Source: Hamiltosporidium tvaerminnensis FI-OER-3-3
Lineage: Eukaryota > Fungi > Microsporidia
Assembly (NCBI GenBank): GCA_022605425.2
Contig: CM061255.1
Span: 248,001-312,000, forward strand
Length of the DNA: 64,000 bases
Direction: 5' to 3'
Part shown: positions 46,185-60,275 of the stretch, in pieces
Numbering within the stretch: position 1 is the first letter of the stretch
How the letters are laid out: every line of letters starts with the position of its first letter
Position numbers and translations under genes: made by a program
Notes under the pieces: generated by a model
Databases searched by the model: none
Told to the model about the DNA's origin: nothing
What the model saw: the letters and a program-made list of their open reading frames with translations, nothing else

Positions 46185-49100
46185 ATGGGAAAAAAGAGAA
46201 AAAAAAGAAAAAATCAAACAACGGAAATAGTTTAAAGAATAAAAACGTGGAAGAGAGAGTAACATATCCGAGACGCTTCCACCACAACGACCATCTATAA
46301 TAACACCACCCCCATCGAGCAATACGCTTCAGGCACCCAATCAGCCTGCTCGATTCCGCACACCCTTCTTCCTGTCCCGATTCTTCTGCGTGGGACCAGC
46401 CAACACAATGGAAAACCCAATGTACCGCCATTCCAGAAGAAACGATGATGGTATTGCATTCAATACTGACTCGTCACAGCCGTAGACAGGAATGGCCTAG
46501 ATCTGCTATTTCAGCGGTCAAAAAGGTTTGAGAAATGCCAGAAATGGCTGGTCTGCAATTCTTAGGTACTATAATAGGAACTTTGGTCGAACTGTTGATA
46601 TCGATGTGTTAAAAAAATTAATACATAATGAGGCAGAAAAAAATAAGCAAGAAGAGAATGGAGAGCGACGTAGAATCGCCACTGTCTCGCCGAGCCATGT
46701 TCTTTAACTACACTACACCTATATGAACCTGAGAGAAAAGTTCTTGTGTAAAACAAGGAACTCGGAGAAGGAAACGGAGATGAGTGGTCCGAACTAGAAA
46801 ACTCCAAGGAATTGGTGATAGTAAAGTTTGGAACTCATATATCGGATTACAGGTGAATATGCGAATCCATGTGCCTAAGAATGTTAGTGATGCAGCTCGA
46901 ATCATCCAGGCGGCTCAGGTAGCTATGACGAGGAAACGCGAAGGAGAAGCGTAGATCCGCTTGGAAGAAAACATAGAAAGTAAAATTTCAAGTTAGTACT
47001 TCCAAAGATCCCTGAGAAGGCCGTAAACTGGAAAAGCTCCCACTCGGAAACGAAAAGTCTCAGAAAAATAGCGAGAGTTTAATCTAGACTTAACAAAATA
47101 AATGATCTCTCCGAGGCTTTGGTTAAGAAGAATGAGGCTTTGAACGTGTACGAAAAAAAATACGATGTATGAAAGTAGGAGGAAATTTCGAAAAGAGAAT
47201 CGTATGTTTGAGTTATTCCGAGGTCGATTCTATCGAGGGTTATCTGAACGCGTTGAATCCGAGCATGTGGTTTATCGTGACGAAATTTCAGAATTTTGGT
47301 CTACAATGTGGAATAAAAAGATAAAGTAGTTACATATGATGAGTATTTGATACCTTCGTGTCAGATACGCACCAGACCACGTTTCCTTTACTTGAAGAGT
47401 TTATAGATATCATCAATTGGCGCCTAACTGGAAAGCCGCTGGAATTGATGGTATTTATAACTTTACATCAAGAAACTTACGAGCCTTCAAAATATCTTTA
47501 CGATATTGTGAAAGCCATATGTTTAGAAGGAACGCCTCAAGCCGATTGGTATTATTGTGGACTTACTTATCTGATACCTAAAGGTGCACCAAAGACTGGC
47601 TCTGATTACAGACCAATAACTTTTATGTCCAACCTCTACAAGTTAACGACTAAGTGTGTAACGAAAGTGGTTCAGGTTGAGGTGGAAAGACGAGGATTAC
47701 TTTCAGATAATCAGTTGGGAGCGGTTAGAGGAGTGCAAGGACAAAGAACAGGCCCTATTGAATATGCCATTAATAAAGAGTACGGAAACAACTAAGCAAC
47801 ATGGATTGATGCAAAAAGCTATGATTCAATAGATCATGCTATTGACCAATGCATGAAAACCTTAATTTACCTGATTGGATCCTGAAATTTATTAAGGTAA
47901 TTATATCAAAATGGAAAATTGATATATCAGTAGGGCCTGAAAAAACATGAGCAAGAAGATTGATAGAGGGATTCGCAAGGAGATAGTTTGTCACCATTAT
48001 TGTTTGTGTTGTGTATGGATCCATTGAGCCGAAAGCTAATGAAAATACACAAAAGTGACAATAAAGACAGATGCAGAATCCCACGCGACTAATCATCTCT
48101 TGTTTATTGATGATCTTAAGCTCCTTGCCGAAGATGGACAAACATTGGAAGAAATACGGAGGAGGTTAAAAAGTTTATGAATAATATAGGATTGGAAATT
48201 AACAAAGAGAAGTAGCCACTAATGATCCATGTTGGAAGATACCACCCTTCTGAAAGAATAGGTGTTTATAAATACCTTGGAATTATAGAAGATAGCAGAG
48301 GAATTCCAACAAGTAAGTCGTTGAGGAAGTACAGAATAAACTTATAGTACGAGTAGAAAGACTTTGTCGCACGAGATTAAATGCAAGAAATTTATTTCAA
48401 GCCATTAATCAACATGCAATTCTTTACTAAACTATCATATAGGTGTACTCCGACTAAAACTGCTGGCTTCTCAAGTTAGATGATGCGGTGCGCAGTGTCA
48501 AAAGAACAAAATACATCTACGCCCAGGATGCAAAGAACGTCTATACCTTCCACGTAAAGAACTGGAAGAGGTTTACATAGTGTCGAGTTCAAAAGCGAAC
48601 ATATGCTTTTGCAACTCTTGGATTGTCTGAAAAACATAAAGATACATCGACCAGAAGACAGCAATCCTAAAGGTTGAGAATAATAATAAAACCCACCTTC
48701 ACTAATTAAAAACTTTAAAAAATAAAATACGGGTTGGAAGAAAGTCACAAAAAGAATTGGCAAAGCCAACTAGCAACCTAATAACGAAATCAAAAACCGA
48801 AAACTACATTCAAAGTTATATAGCGCTAGAAATAACGAGCTGGTAAGTGTAAATGACTCCTCAAGATGGTTCAAGAAAGGAGTAAGACCACGGACGAAGC
48901 AGTGTTCGTTATATCCAGGATAGAAAGTATCTGGGGTGCAGAAGGTAGCCACACGCAACCAGTCTAGGAAAACAGTCGATCACTTAGCAACGAGATGAAA
49001 AAATGATTGGCAGACATACTAGACGACATAATGAAGTGGTACGATCTAACATTTACTCTTCTGAATAAATATAAGTTTAAGTCTCGAAACAAATTAGAAG

Positions 49101-49803
49101 CCACCAGTTCAAGAAATTCTGATAACGTATATGCAGAGATAAGAGTACACCAGAATAAAAACGATGTCAAGATTCGGTAACAGAACAGATATATTTATTT
49201 TAGACAAGACAGAATAGGATAACCCCATTGAAGTAGGAATCACATCCCAAGACTCCTCAAATAGTTGAAACAGAGAAGCTAGGAAGTAGACCTATTACAA
49301 ATGAGTTAGGTCTTATTTATAAATGCAGCGTAGAGATAATTCCTTATGTGATGACCTGGGACGGTATTGTGACAAAATACCATAAGACGTATGTTAATAG
49401 ACTGCCAATATCCATGAATGTAGAGGCATATATACAATCCATAGTACTCAAGAAGACAGTCGAAACAATTTCTTTTGATCGACGAAGAGGACTTGAGTCT
49501 GGACCAAATGCCGAGGAGAGCTAGGGAGAGAGCATCATTAAGTGTTATCTTAGGAGCTGAGATGCATAAACAACCAATACCCCCTTTAAAGCAAGTAGAC
49601 AACGAGGAAGATGATGTTAAAACGGAAAATACAAAAAAATATTTTACCCCTTATTTTGGATGGCATAACCACAGCAAAACAACCAACAACTAATACAAAT
49701 GAAGAGTTGGAGTTGGAAGAAGAGATAGAAGTGGTTGAAATGGTGGAAAGAATTATTTAAAAAGAAAAATTTGTTAACCCAGAATTTCATTAAATAAAAA
49801 TTA
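46185..49803 (+). mobile_element. RLE-type non-LTR retrotransposon, copy 2, with many 1-bp deletions
   Basis: Colinear and mostly near-identical to 2332-6130 from the ATG to the 3' UTR. Flanked by the direct repeat ATGGTAATAGA at 46174-46184 and 49804-49814. Confidence 0.93.
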
Positions 49804-52009
49804 ATGGTAATAGATAATCAATTAAAAAAATTTTTGTTCAATAAACAAATATTTTTATTCTTAAGTACATATAAAAACAACATGACTTCAGAGTCTCTTT
49901 CTTTTAAGTTTTCAAAACCAAGACACTTTATCGTAAAAAATATTTTTTTTTCTTTCATTGTTCTAGATTATTAGTAATACTCAAAAGAATGTGATATCAA
50001 ATTATTAAATCTATTTTGAACGTATAAAGTAAAGCAAAGAAAAAAAAAGCTTTTAATTTCAAACAATTACAAAAAGAATTCTAATAAAATTAATATGAAG
50101 CCTCTCTTATCTTAATATATACCTTACTTAAATAAAACACTATCATACTTATATTAATGTTTAAATATTTTTTAATTATATCACATATAAATTTTTTATA
50201 TAATTCAGTAATATCCCGACCACGAAAGACGAGTCATCTAAAGATGTTTAATTTATTCGAAAAAAAAGTAATTGTCCAAGAATATAGCTCAAATTAAGAA
50301 TATGACTTTTTCTATTTGTTCATAAATCTTACACAACCAATAATGGTGAGTGAAAGTGAACATTAAAAACTTGAAAAAGCGTAAAAATTTTAAAAAATAA
50401 ATTAAAATAAATATAGTAAAAATATTTTATAGGTTGTATTTCGTAGTCAGAATATCATAATAAATAAATTTTTTTATTTTTCTGAAATTTGGATTTTTCA
50501 AAAAAATTTAAATTATTTGGATCAAATTAATTTTTCTAAGAATTTTACAGTTATATAAACATTGTATGATGATATTGATTGATATTACCTTTCTTCTTTG
50601 CCTTATTTATATTCTCAATAATAAATACATAAAACAATTATTCCTTGAAAAATCTCATAGAATTTATACCTGATTAAATTTAAAGATTATTAATAAAAAT
50701 GACTAAGAATTTATACAATAAATAAATTTACCAATACCTCATATAGTTAAAAAGAACTGTTTTTCGGACAAAGAAAACGCTTCAGATGAATAAATTGATT
50801 TGAGAAATAAGACAACATGGAATGAAAATATATGTTTAATTAAACATATTGAATATAAAATACCGACCTGAAACCATAAAAAGTATAAACTAACTAAAAA
50901 AAAGTAAGAGAAATATGCAGATTGAAAGAAACCCAAATTTTTTTTAGGAAATTCTTCAAGAGCGGCTAATAATTCGAAGATAAAACACTAAAAAAAATTT
51001 ACGTAAAAGAGATCAGATGAAAATATAAAATTCCTATTTAAAAGATTGAGAAACTATAGCTCATATAATGAACTAGAATATTATAATCGAAAAGTTTTTC
51101 ATATGGTTTTTTTAAATGTAAAATAAAGTTCATTTCAACAGCCATGCCAGCTAGTACAATATAAGTCTAATTAATACTTATAAATAATATAAAATAAAAT
51201 ATATCATAATATCTTCATTTATCTTTCTTTCAGTAAATACAAGAATTTAAATCATTCAGTTATATTTTTATCAGATAAAAAAACAAGAATTTACGATTCC
51301 TCAAGTAATCACTAAAAAACAAACTTTTAGAAACGAAATTGAAATAACTTAAAAGACGAATGCCAAGTTTTTCCTATTTTAAAAAATACATAATAACCAA
51401 TCTAATAGATCAACCTAATATATTTTTACAATTATAATATTTTTTTTACAATTATAATTAATACTTCAATCCTAAATAAATTCATAAAAAAAACCTGTCT
51501 TTACAAATTAATTATTCGAATTCCAGAAATTTTAATATAAATATATATTTACGATAGATACAAATTATATTTTAATATAAATGTATTAATTATAATTTAA
51601 TTGTTAAGTAATGTATGAGAATAGTAATTTATTGTAATACATAAAATGTTATATAAGTTATTATGAGTAAATTGAAAGTAAGATATTTTTTTAGTAAGTA
51701 ATATAGGTGAACAAAAGTAAATAATATTAGTAAATAAAAAGTAAATACGGATTTATTTTATTATTTTTTGTAAATATTTTGGTAATACTCTTTAAACTAA
51801 TCTATAAGCAATATTATATTTAAGTTATTTTTTTTGTAATTTTGTATTTAACTGTCTGAAGAATAGAAAATATATAAAAAAAATGATTTTTATCAGTAAA
51901 AAAAAATGTATTTAAAAATGTTAAATTAATAAAAAAAAATATAAAATTTGTCTAAAACGAGATAAATTCTTTTTTTTACGTTCTAATAACGGTATTGTAC
52001 CCTGGGATT

Positions 52010-54048
52010 ATGAAATGTAATATAAATAGAATAGAAGGGTCTTTTACAAGTACGATTCTTAGTGATATGTCGGAGACTGTGGAATATAATTTGTGTGGAA
52101 AATATAGTGAATGTGAGGATTTTGGATTTTTGGAGAGTAGTGAGGTTTTTGGTGTGTCTGGTTGTAATACTAGTTTAAGGTTTAAAGAAGATAATATTTT
52201 TGATGAAAATAATTTTGAGGAGAACAAAGAATCTTTTGTTTTCAACGAAACAAATTTTGAGGAGAAAAATATTTTTGAAGAATCAATTTTTGAAAGGAAA
52301 AAAGAATCTTTTGTTTTCCACGAAACAAATTTTGAGGAGAAAAATAATTTAGAAGAATCGATTTTTGAAAGGAAAAAAGAATCTATTGTTTTCAACGAAA
52401 CAAATTTTGAGGAGAAAATTATTTTTGAAGAATCAATTTTTGAAAAGAAAAAGGCGTCACTCCTTTTTAAGAAAACGAATTTTGATCAAAAAAATATTCT
52501 TGAAAAGAAAAAAGAAGAGTCTCTCATTTTTGATGAAAAAAATATTTTTTCAACACAAAATAATTTTACAGAAAACGAAGTAGAGCAGCAATATAACACC
52601 CCTTATAATAAGTGTAATAGAAAAGATAAAAATCATTTACCTGACACTTCTAATTCACGTGTAAATATATCGATTAAAGATAAAGATATTACAGAAACAT
52701 CATATTATAAGGATATTAAAACCATCACCCTTTATTTATATGACCATATAAATAACACCCCTGTGCTTTCTCTTACTAATAACACCATTAATAACACATA
52801 TAATATACTTATAAATAACACCCCTGTGCTTTCTCTTAATAATAACACACATAATAGATAAATAACACCCCTATTAATATCACTCATAACATACTTATAA
52901 ATAACACCCCTGTGTTATCTTTAGAGTATATTTTTTTTACTTTACTATATAATAAAACCCTATTATCATATGTTGATAATTATTTAAAATCAAAAATGGA
53001 CAAAAACAACAATTTTCTAAAAAATAAAAATAAACCCAAAATGTCTGTAAAAATGATAGAAACATCTTCACCTGATAAAATAAAAAGAAAGAAGATTGTT
53101 TTATCAGAAAAGGTTTTAAATTTACGTCCATTTACATATCACTGGAGCAATTCGTATAAAAATATGTGTAAAAATAATTTACGGGTTTTTTCTGCACCTT
53201 CTGGTCCAACACTTGATAGTAAATTGTTTAAAGAAACTGAATATTTCTGTAAAAATAAAGTAGACTTTTATTCAAGTGAAATTGAAATTTCTTCTGATTT
53301 TGAAGATTCTATTTTGAAGAATAAAATAGACTTTAATGATTGTGAAACAAAGACACCTTACAATTACAAAAATTCTATTAGAAAGAATATAATGGAGTTT
53401 AATGATTGTAAAGCAAAGGCATCTTATAACAATAATGATTGTATTTTGAAGAATAATAATTTTCTAAATAATTCAACGAAAGAAACTTTTTATGAAAGAA
53501 AAAATGTAAAACTGCAATCTTGTATTTCTAAAAAGAGACACCTTATAGATTTTTGGTCGTTACAAGAAACAGGTGAGAAACATTCGTTACCTACTTTGGG
53601 GCCTGGTAAATGTGATAGTATTCAAAGAATCTCTACTGAAGTAGTAAAAAAATGTGTAGAATGTAAATACAATATTAAATATAAAATAATAGATTGTAGA
53701 TTTATGTATGAATACAGAGGTGGACATATTCAAGGAGCAATAAATGCTAATACGACTAAACAAGTAGATTCGTTGTTTTCACAATACCAAGGACATATTC
53801 TTATATTCCATTGTGAATATTCTTCTATCAGAGCTCCTAGACTTGCTAAATATTTACGAAATAAAGACAGAGAAGTAAATAAATATCCGAAATTATTTTT
53901 CCCTGAGATATATATTATGGAAGGCGGATATAAAAATTTTTATTGGAATTTTAAAGATTTTTGTGAACCTAAAATGTACGTACCGATGGGTGGGAATAAA
54001 GTTACGAATAGGATTAAATGTGTTAGGAATAAAATGGGTAGTGAATAG
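52010..54048 (+). CDS. CDC25: Cdc25/Mih1 M-phase inducer phosphatase, frameshift near 52855
   Basis: IIDCRFMYEYRGGHI, active site HCEYSSIRAPR, and DREVNKYPKLFFPEIYIMEGGY. The upstream ORF (ATG 52010, FNETNFEEK repeats) shares the INNTPVLSL repeat with the downstream frame, which opens at 52858. Joining the two ORFs is an inference. Confidence 0.88.
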
Positions 54049-55771
54049 ATAAAAAAATTGAAGTAATTTTAATATTTTAATGTTTTGATTTTTAAATATT
54101 TTTGTACGTTGGTTCTCTTAATATGTTTGAAAGATTCTTTGGTATTAATTTAATCAGTTTAAAATTATGTATTTTTATTTTTAGCTTCAATTTTAATTTA
54201 TTTGATAGGTTTTTAGGTGTTCATTATAGTTAGATAATTTTATTTGTATTGTTTATTTCGATTTTAATTTATCAAATTTACTTTTTTATTTACATTTTTT
54301 TATTATGATATTATATTTAATATATAATGGTCTCTATGCTGTTATATTATTCATAAAAGAAGTAGGTGAGTATTTTTGATATTTTTCTATTTTTAAATGT
54401 TTTTTTGATTGTACTTAGTATAATTATTTTCTATGTTACAAATTATTAAAGAAAAATATTTTTGAAAGAATTTTTTCGGTAATTAAAAGTGAATTATACA
54501 AGTAATTTACTAATTTGTGATGATTTTTACTTATAGGATATTTATATTTCGGGGACTTGATTGTTCTGAAATATTATTATAATATATGTATGTGTTCCGG
54601 ACTTACTTTCATTTTTTTTATTTCATTCTCTTAGGTCTTTTTCTGCTCTGACTGGTCACACTGCTCTCGCTGTGGATCTTGGAATATTTATATTAATTTC
54701 AATATTATAGATAACTCGCTTGTAACATATATTTTTAAATTATTTTGGTCTCCTAGGCTTTTGCTTTGTTAATTTTGGCATATTTGATTATTTATTGAAC
54801 CGAGATACACACACTTATATGTCTTGATTCTTAACACCTTGCTTTTTTAAAATAATGATTCGATGTTTTTTAAATCATTTTTTTTATATTGTGGTTTACT
54901 TCACTCTTTCTTTTGTATGTCGACCATGTTCTAAATCATGGATTATTATTAGTCTATGAAAGATTTCAATATATTTTCTTTGTAATATCTAAATGAGAAA
55001 TAATTTATTTTAAATGTGCTTTATCTCAAAGTAGGTATTTCTGTTATAAGTGCCCTATTCCTTAATTTCAAGCTGCCATTGATATCTTATATCAAGACAA
55101 CTTTTTTGTACTTGCAACTTGTAGTTTTCTTCGAAGTTACTTGAATTCGCTTCAACAAATGGTTCACGACGAATTATGATTTAAAAATATTCTTACTAAT
55201 ATAATTAGATCTACAGTAGCTAAGTTCAGCTTTCTAATTCTTATGTTTAAAAATGAAGATTTAATGTATTTTAATTTTAAACTGACGGATCAGATAATTT
55301 GTTTGTAGTATTTTTTATTCATTCTACCTAAAGATTATCACCGGTATTTGAGTCTAAGATAAAAACTATTTACATGTGAAAAAATATCAAAGCTAAAAAA
55401 ATTCTCTTTTGTTTTAGGTTTCTTGGATTCTGAAATAATAGAAAATTTACTTTTAGAAAATTTTCTCATTCTCTAGCCTCTGGATCTCAAAACTACGGTC
55501 GTTGACCACATCTGGATTGCGGTATCGATCCAGGAATTATCTACATCTACATTAGAAATTTTTTATTGTAAGGTTGGTGTATTTTTAAGCTAAAAAATCA
55601 TATACTTCCAGTATAATACAAAAAAATTACAATTAAAGATGAATTATATCATAAATTCGTGATACAAAGAAAATTTATTTGGTATTTAACATTTTTTTAA
55701 AGTATTTTATACTAAAAAATCAAAATACAATAAAAAAAATTTGGTGGCGTATTTTCTAATTAATTATATTG

Positions 55772-55900
55772 ATATAGGGTGGAAAAAGGATAAACACATT
55801 AAAAACTAACTGATTGCCAAGAGTGTATGAAATTGATGGAAAAATCACTGTTGATATTTTGATGGAATATAACCCACATCGAATCTATAGACCAATCCCC
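55772..55900 (+). repeat. Fragment matching the 5' part of the dispersed non-coding family
   Basis: GGTGGAAAAAGGATAAACACATTAAAAACT...GAGTGTATGAAATTG...GATATTTTGATGGAA versus copy C GGTGGAGGGAGGATAACCGCTTAAAAAACT...GAGTGTGTGAAACTG...GATTTTTGGTGGAA. Confidence 0.65.
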
Positions 55901-56619
55901 TATAATCCCGAAGGGAAACATATTAAAAGAAGCGATTGAAAAATTTCCAGTTTTTCATCTTTTACACCGAGTGGTAAAAGAGGCATGGAATAACTAAGTA
56001 AATATGTTGATAGGCTGAGATCCGCGCTGATTATTTGTAAAAAACGTGGGTTGAATTTACTTTATAAATTATGACCGAAAGTGCATATTTGCTACTTTGG
56101 ATTTGTAGATATATTATGTGTATTATTTTTTAAAATATTTGTTCATGAAATTTGTAGGACAAATGCAGACACAATCACTAGTGCAAATATACGAACGTGA
56201 TTAAATGTATGAATGGAAGAACTTTATAAAAGTTCAGTAATTTATTTGAATATTTTTGTAAAAAAACATGATCAATATACATGATTATTTTTTCAAATCT
56301 CTTTTATATGAACTTGAAAAATTTGTTTTAAAAATATTACTAATAAACATTGAAGCAATACTTTTAATTATGTTTGCACAACATCTAATGAGTTATTGGC
56401 CTCAGAGACTTTTTATATAAGTTAATATGGTCCGCAGCCCAAAATTTTGCAAAGCTTGGTCTGTCCAAAACAATTATGACTAAAAAATGAGGCTTATATG
56501 GTTTATCCATTCTTAAAGAGTCTAAATAACTCGAAATACATAGGATGTAAAATATTAATTTATTGTCTGTACGGCCGACTATTTTATCTTAAAATTTCTC
56601 GTTTTTTGCTTTGTTTTAT

Positions 56620-57320
56620 TAATGTGTGTCAGAATCACTGTAAAAAAATATTTTCAGAGCAAATGTTGAGATAAGTGATGTTGAAATTATTGTTATGTCT
56701 TCAGTAGAAATAAATAAACGAGATAATTTCGGACTTTTTGTTGAAATATATTTATGGGAGGGAAACTCTACACCATAGTGATCCTTTCTCAAAAAGTTAG
56801 CTTTTAAAATTTAAATAACTAAATTGCGAGCCCTGCATGTGAACACACAAGTAATTTTTAAGAAAATAATTTAAACCTAGCTTTATTTACTCAGATTAGA
56901 AGACTTTGAATCTGTTAATTATATTAACATATCATTTAGAATAGAAAATTCTAATTAGTGATTATACTCGGGGTATACCCTGCGACGTCTAGCTGCACGC
57001 ATGTAAATCACCGAGATATATCTGAACCGAAAGTCTATTAAATTCCGAAACTGTAGAGTATGTAATAATGCTTATGGCTTGAGAAGGCCCAAGGTTGGCT
57101 AAAATCACTCAGAATAGAAACAACGGTCATATAAGAACTCCGGATGACTGCTTCCCCTCTTAACTGGTTTTGTTGATCTGCAGAAAAAAATACTTAGATG
57201 TAGGTATCATAAAGAGATGTGATGGTATTTTAGAGGTGCTGTTATTTATGTTAAACCTATAACTGTGCTATTGCATGAAAAGATACAACATGTGCCACTT
57301 TTTAGAACAATGAGATATTC
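56620..57320 (+). repeat. Dispersed ~700-bp structured non-coding family, copy E (diverged)
   Basis: AAACCTAGC, TTAGAAGACTT, CATGTAAATC, TGTAGAGTA, CAACGG and GTTATTTATGTTAAACCTATAACTG..GTGCCACT are colinear with copies B and C. Confidence 0.85.
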
Positions 57321-57921
57321 ATTGATGAACATATTTTTATAAAAATATCTAGGTATAAAAAATAATTAAAATCTTGACTTACTGGAAGTGTACTTTTAGA
57401 TTGGTTCAAATCAGAAAACTTGGAAATGATTTTACAGTAGGAAAGAACTTACGTGCTTTGGGTTATCTTCCCAAGTAGGTTACCTTTGATCAAATGCTCT
57501 TAATATGAACACTATATTTAGATGATGTTTTACATTATAACCCGAATCGTTGGTTCAATGCAAGGTAGTTTACTCATTTTATACCATAAAAATATGATTA
57601 TAATTTGATTGACAAATTAGTAAATTGGGAATAAATATCTAAGGAAGAACAGCAAATAGAAAGTGAATATATTAGTAGAATTTGTATATTGTCTACCCTT
57701 ATGGAGTCTAATGGCCGAAAAAAATACGCTTTTACAAGAAATATTTATTATTAATTTACTTTACATTTTACACTTAACTTTATAATTAATTTATTTCATA
57801 TCTTTGAACTCAATGCACGAATTAAACAAATAAAATACTAATAAACATATAATAATAGAATAATAAAATTGAAAATATATTTATTGCTCTACGAAATAAA
57901 TTATCTATTTGTAAAGATAGT

Positions 57922-60275
57922 TTATTGGCATAAATCATCTTCAAGCCAATTATAGCTCGATTTTAGCCTATATATATGGAAATGGATTAAATTCATACCA
58001 ATTAACCTTTCAAGTCTCTGTTTATTTATTTCGGTATCTAGAATGATACCCATTTTTAATATTTTAAGTTGTTTGAAATTCAAAATAGAAAAAATCTCAA
58101 ACTTTTCCAATTTATCAGCTCGGATATGAAGCTTTATAATTGTATTCTTAATATTCTGTTGAAGTATTTTATTTAAAATCTTTAAATTTAAATCAGTCTT
58201 TTGAACACTTAAGCTTAGATATTCCAATAGTTTAAACCTTGAAAAAACAACAATATCTTCTGTATATAAAGTTCCAACGTCGTAATTAAGTTTTTCTAGA
58301 TTTTCTAAATTGAAGAAATATGAAACTACATTTAATATACTGAAGGATGTTAAATTTTTATTTTTGCAATCGGTTTGATATTTATAACATTTTAATAACG
58401 CTAAATTTTCTATATTTTTCGGTTTCGAAATATCGACCTCAGAAATTTTATCATTAAAAAAAAAATTTCTTGGTTTGTATTTTTTAAATGGTGCAAGTTA
58501 AAAGAAAGGTATTTCAAACTTTTAAATTTGCTCAAAAATATAAAGAAATTATTACTCAAGCTATCTAGGATAGCACGAAATTCTATATGAATGACAGATT
58601 TGTTGTAGAAAGTCCATCCAATATTATCTTTTTTTATATCAAAAACTTTAAATTGATAAAATATTAAAGAAGTCGAAGCTAGGATAGCTGTATAAAGCTC
58701 ATCAGTGAATTTAATATTCTTAAAATATAGCCTTTTTAAGGATTTAAATGATTCTAAAAATCTATAACTATTTAAAGAATTGTTTTTCACATTCCGTAAA
58801 TCTATTTTCAATCGCCTAATTAGCTCAAAGTTAAATATTTTTGAAAAATAAGTAGAATCATAAGAATCTTTGTACAGAATTAAATCAATCCCACGTAAAT
58901 AATTACGACAATTGTATGAAGAGAAGATCCCAAAATCATCTTCGTCATCAGAAATTTTTAACTCATTAGATAGATCTATAATTATATTATCTTTTGTTCC
59001 CAGTAAAGAAGAAGAAGCATTATAAAGATGCGGTGAACTTATGGAGAAAAATAGTTTCATAACTTTTACGGATTTTAATATCGTTAATTTTTCTAAAATA
59101 ATTATACTCTTTTGCAAGTTATCTTCTAAGAATTCTAACGCAAGTTTTTCCACAGTTTCAAAATATTGTAATTTTTCTAGAAATGATTGAAGTTTTATGT
59201 CACAAGATGATATTTTTACTTTTTTGACAGATTTAAAACATCCAATTTGGTGCAATTTACCAAACAAAGGTAGTTTGCTCGGGTCGATTACTATTTTTAA
59301 ATTTATAAATATTTTTGGTAAAAGAGCTATAATTATATCCGAGTCTAAATCATTTTCGTAGGAACAGAAATTAATGTATAGCTTATCAATTAAAAATATT
59401 TTCATCAGGATTTTCCATATATTTATATTGTTTCTGCTTAATATACATTTATTTAAGCAACAAGCTCTCATCTCAATGCATACAATTTTTTCACTTGTTT
59501 TATATTTCTTATGTTGACTTAATATATGAGAAAAGATTATCGGATTATATTTATGAAATATATCATAAATATAAGCCTTTTGCATCAAAATCAATTGTAA
59601 AAAACATTCAATTACATCTCTAACATGTAAATTACCATATTCATTCTGATTCAAAATCAATACATAAGAATTTTTTACAAAATCTGAATTGGAGATCACA
59701 TAATAGTATACCAATGTTCTAATAAATGCTTTGTAATTTCTGTTTCTTTCAACTCGAAAAATATTTAAATATTTAAGAATTTCAAAAAATATCTTTGAAT
59801 CGGTTTGAGTAATCGTATCATTACACTCTTGAAGTATTTTAATAAATAATGCAAGCATATGAAGCTCATTTTCTTTCATGTATATGGAAACTTCTTCCTT
59901 GTTTTCGAGAATTATTTCGTCTAGAAATTTGAATGAAATATTTATATCGTTTGGATATGAAATAGCAATATATTTTTCCCGATTCGAAGTTTCTAATGGT
60001 TCCTGAAAATATAATGAATCATCTATTCTAATAAAAGAGCTTGTTTTTGGACATAAATAGTAACTTTTACTATGGCTTACGGGAGAATAGTCTTCGAAGC
60101 CGTTATATTCAATAAATTTTATGTTTAAGCAGTATATATTGTTGCCTAGTAAGAATATTTCAAGAATTATACGATTAATTTGTCTGAGGAAACAAAGAGG
60201 CGTAAAGATACAATACAAAAAAGTATTAGATGCTTCGAAGTATTGCAAAAATTCATTCTTGGATTTTTTTATCAT
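57922..60275 (-). CDS. LRR-like lineage-expanded family protein, frameshift at an A10 run near 58455-58464
   Basis: Repeated F..L..L.L units (FKSLKRLYF, FKSLKYLSF, FKQLKILKM). The 621-aa and 101-aa ORFs are bridged by LRR-like coding. Confidence 0.75.
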
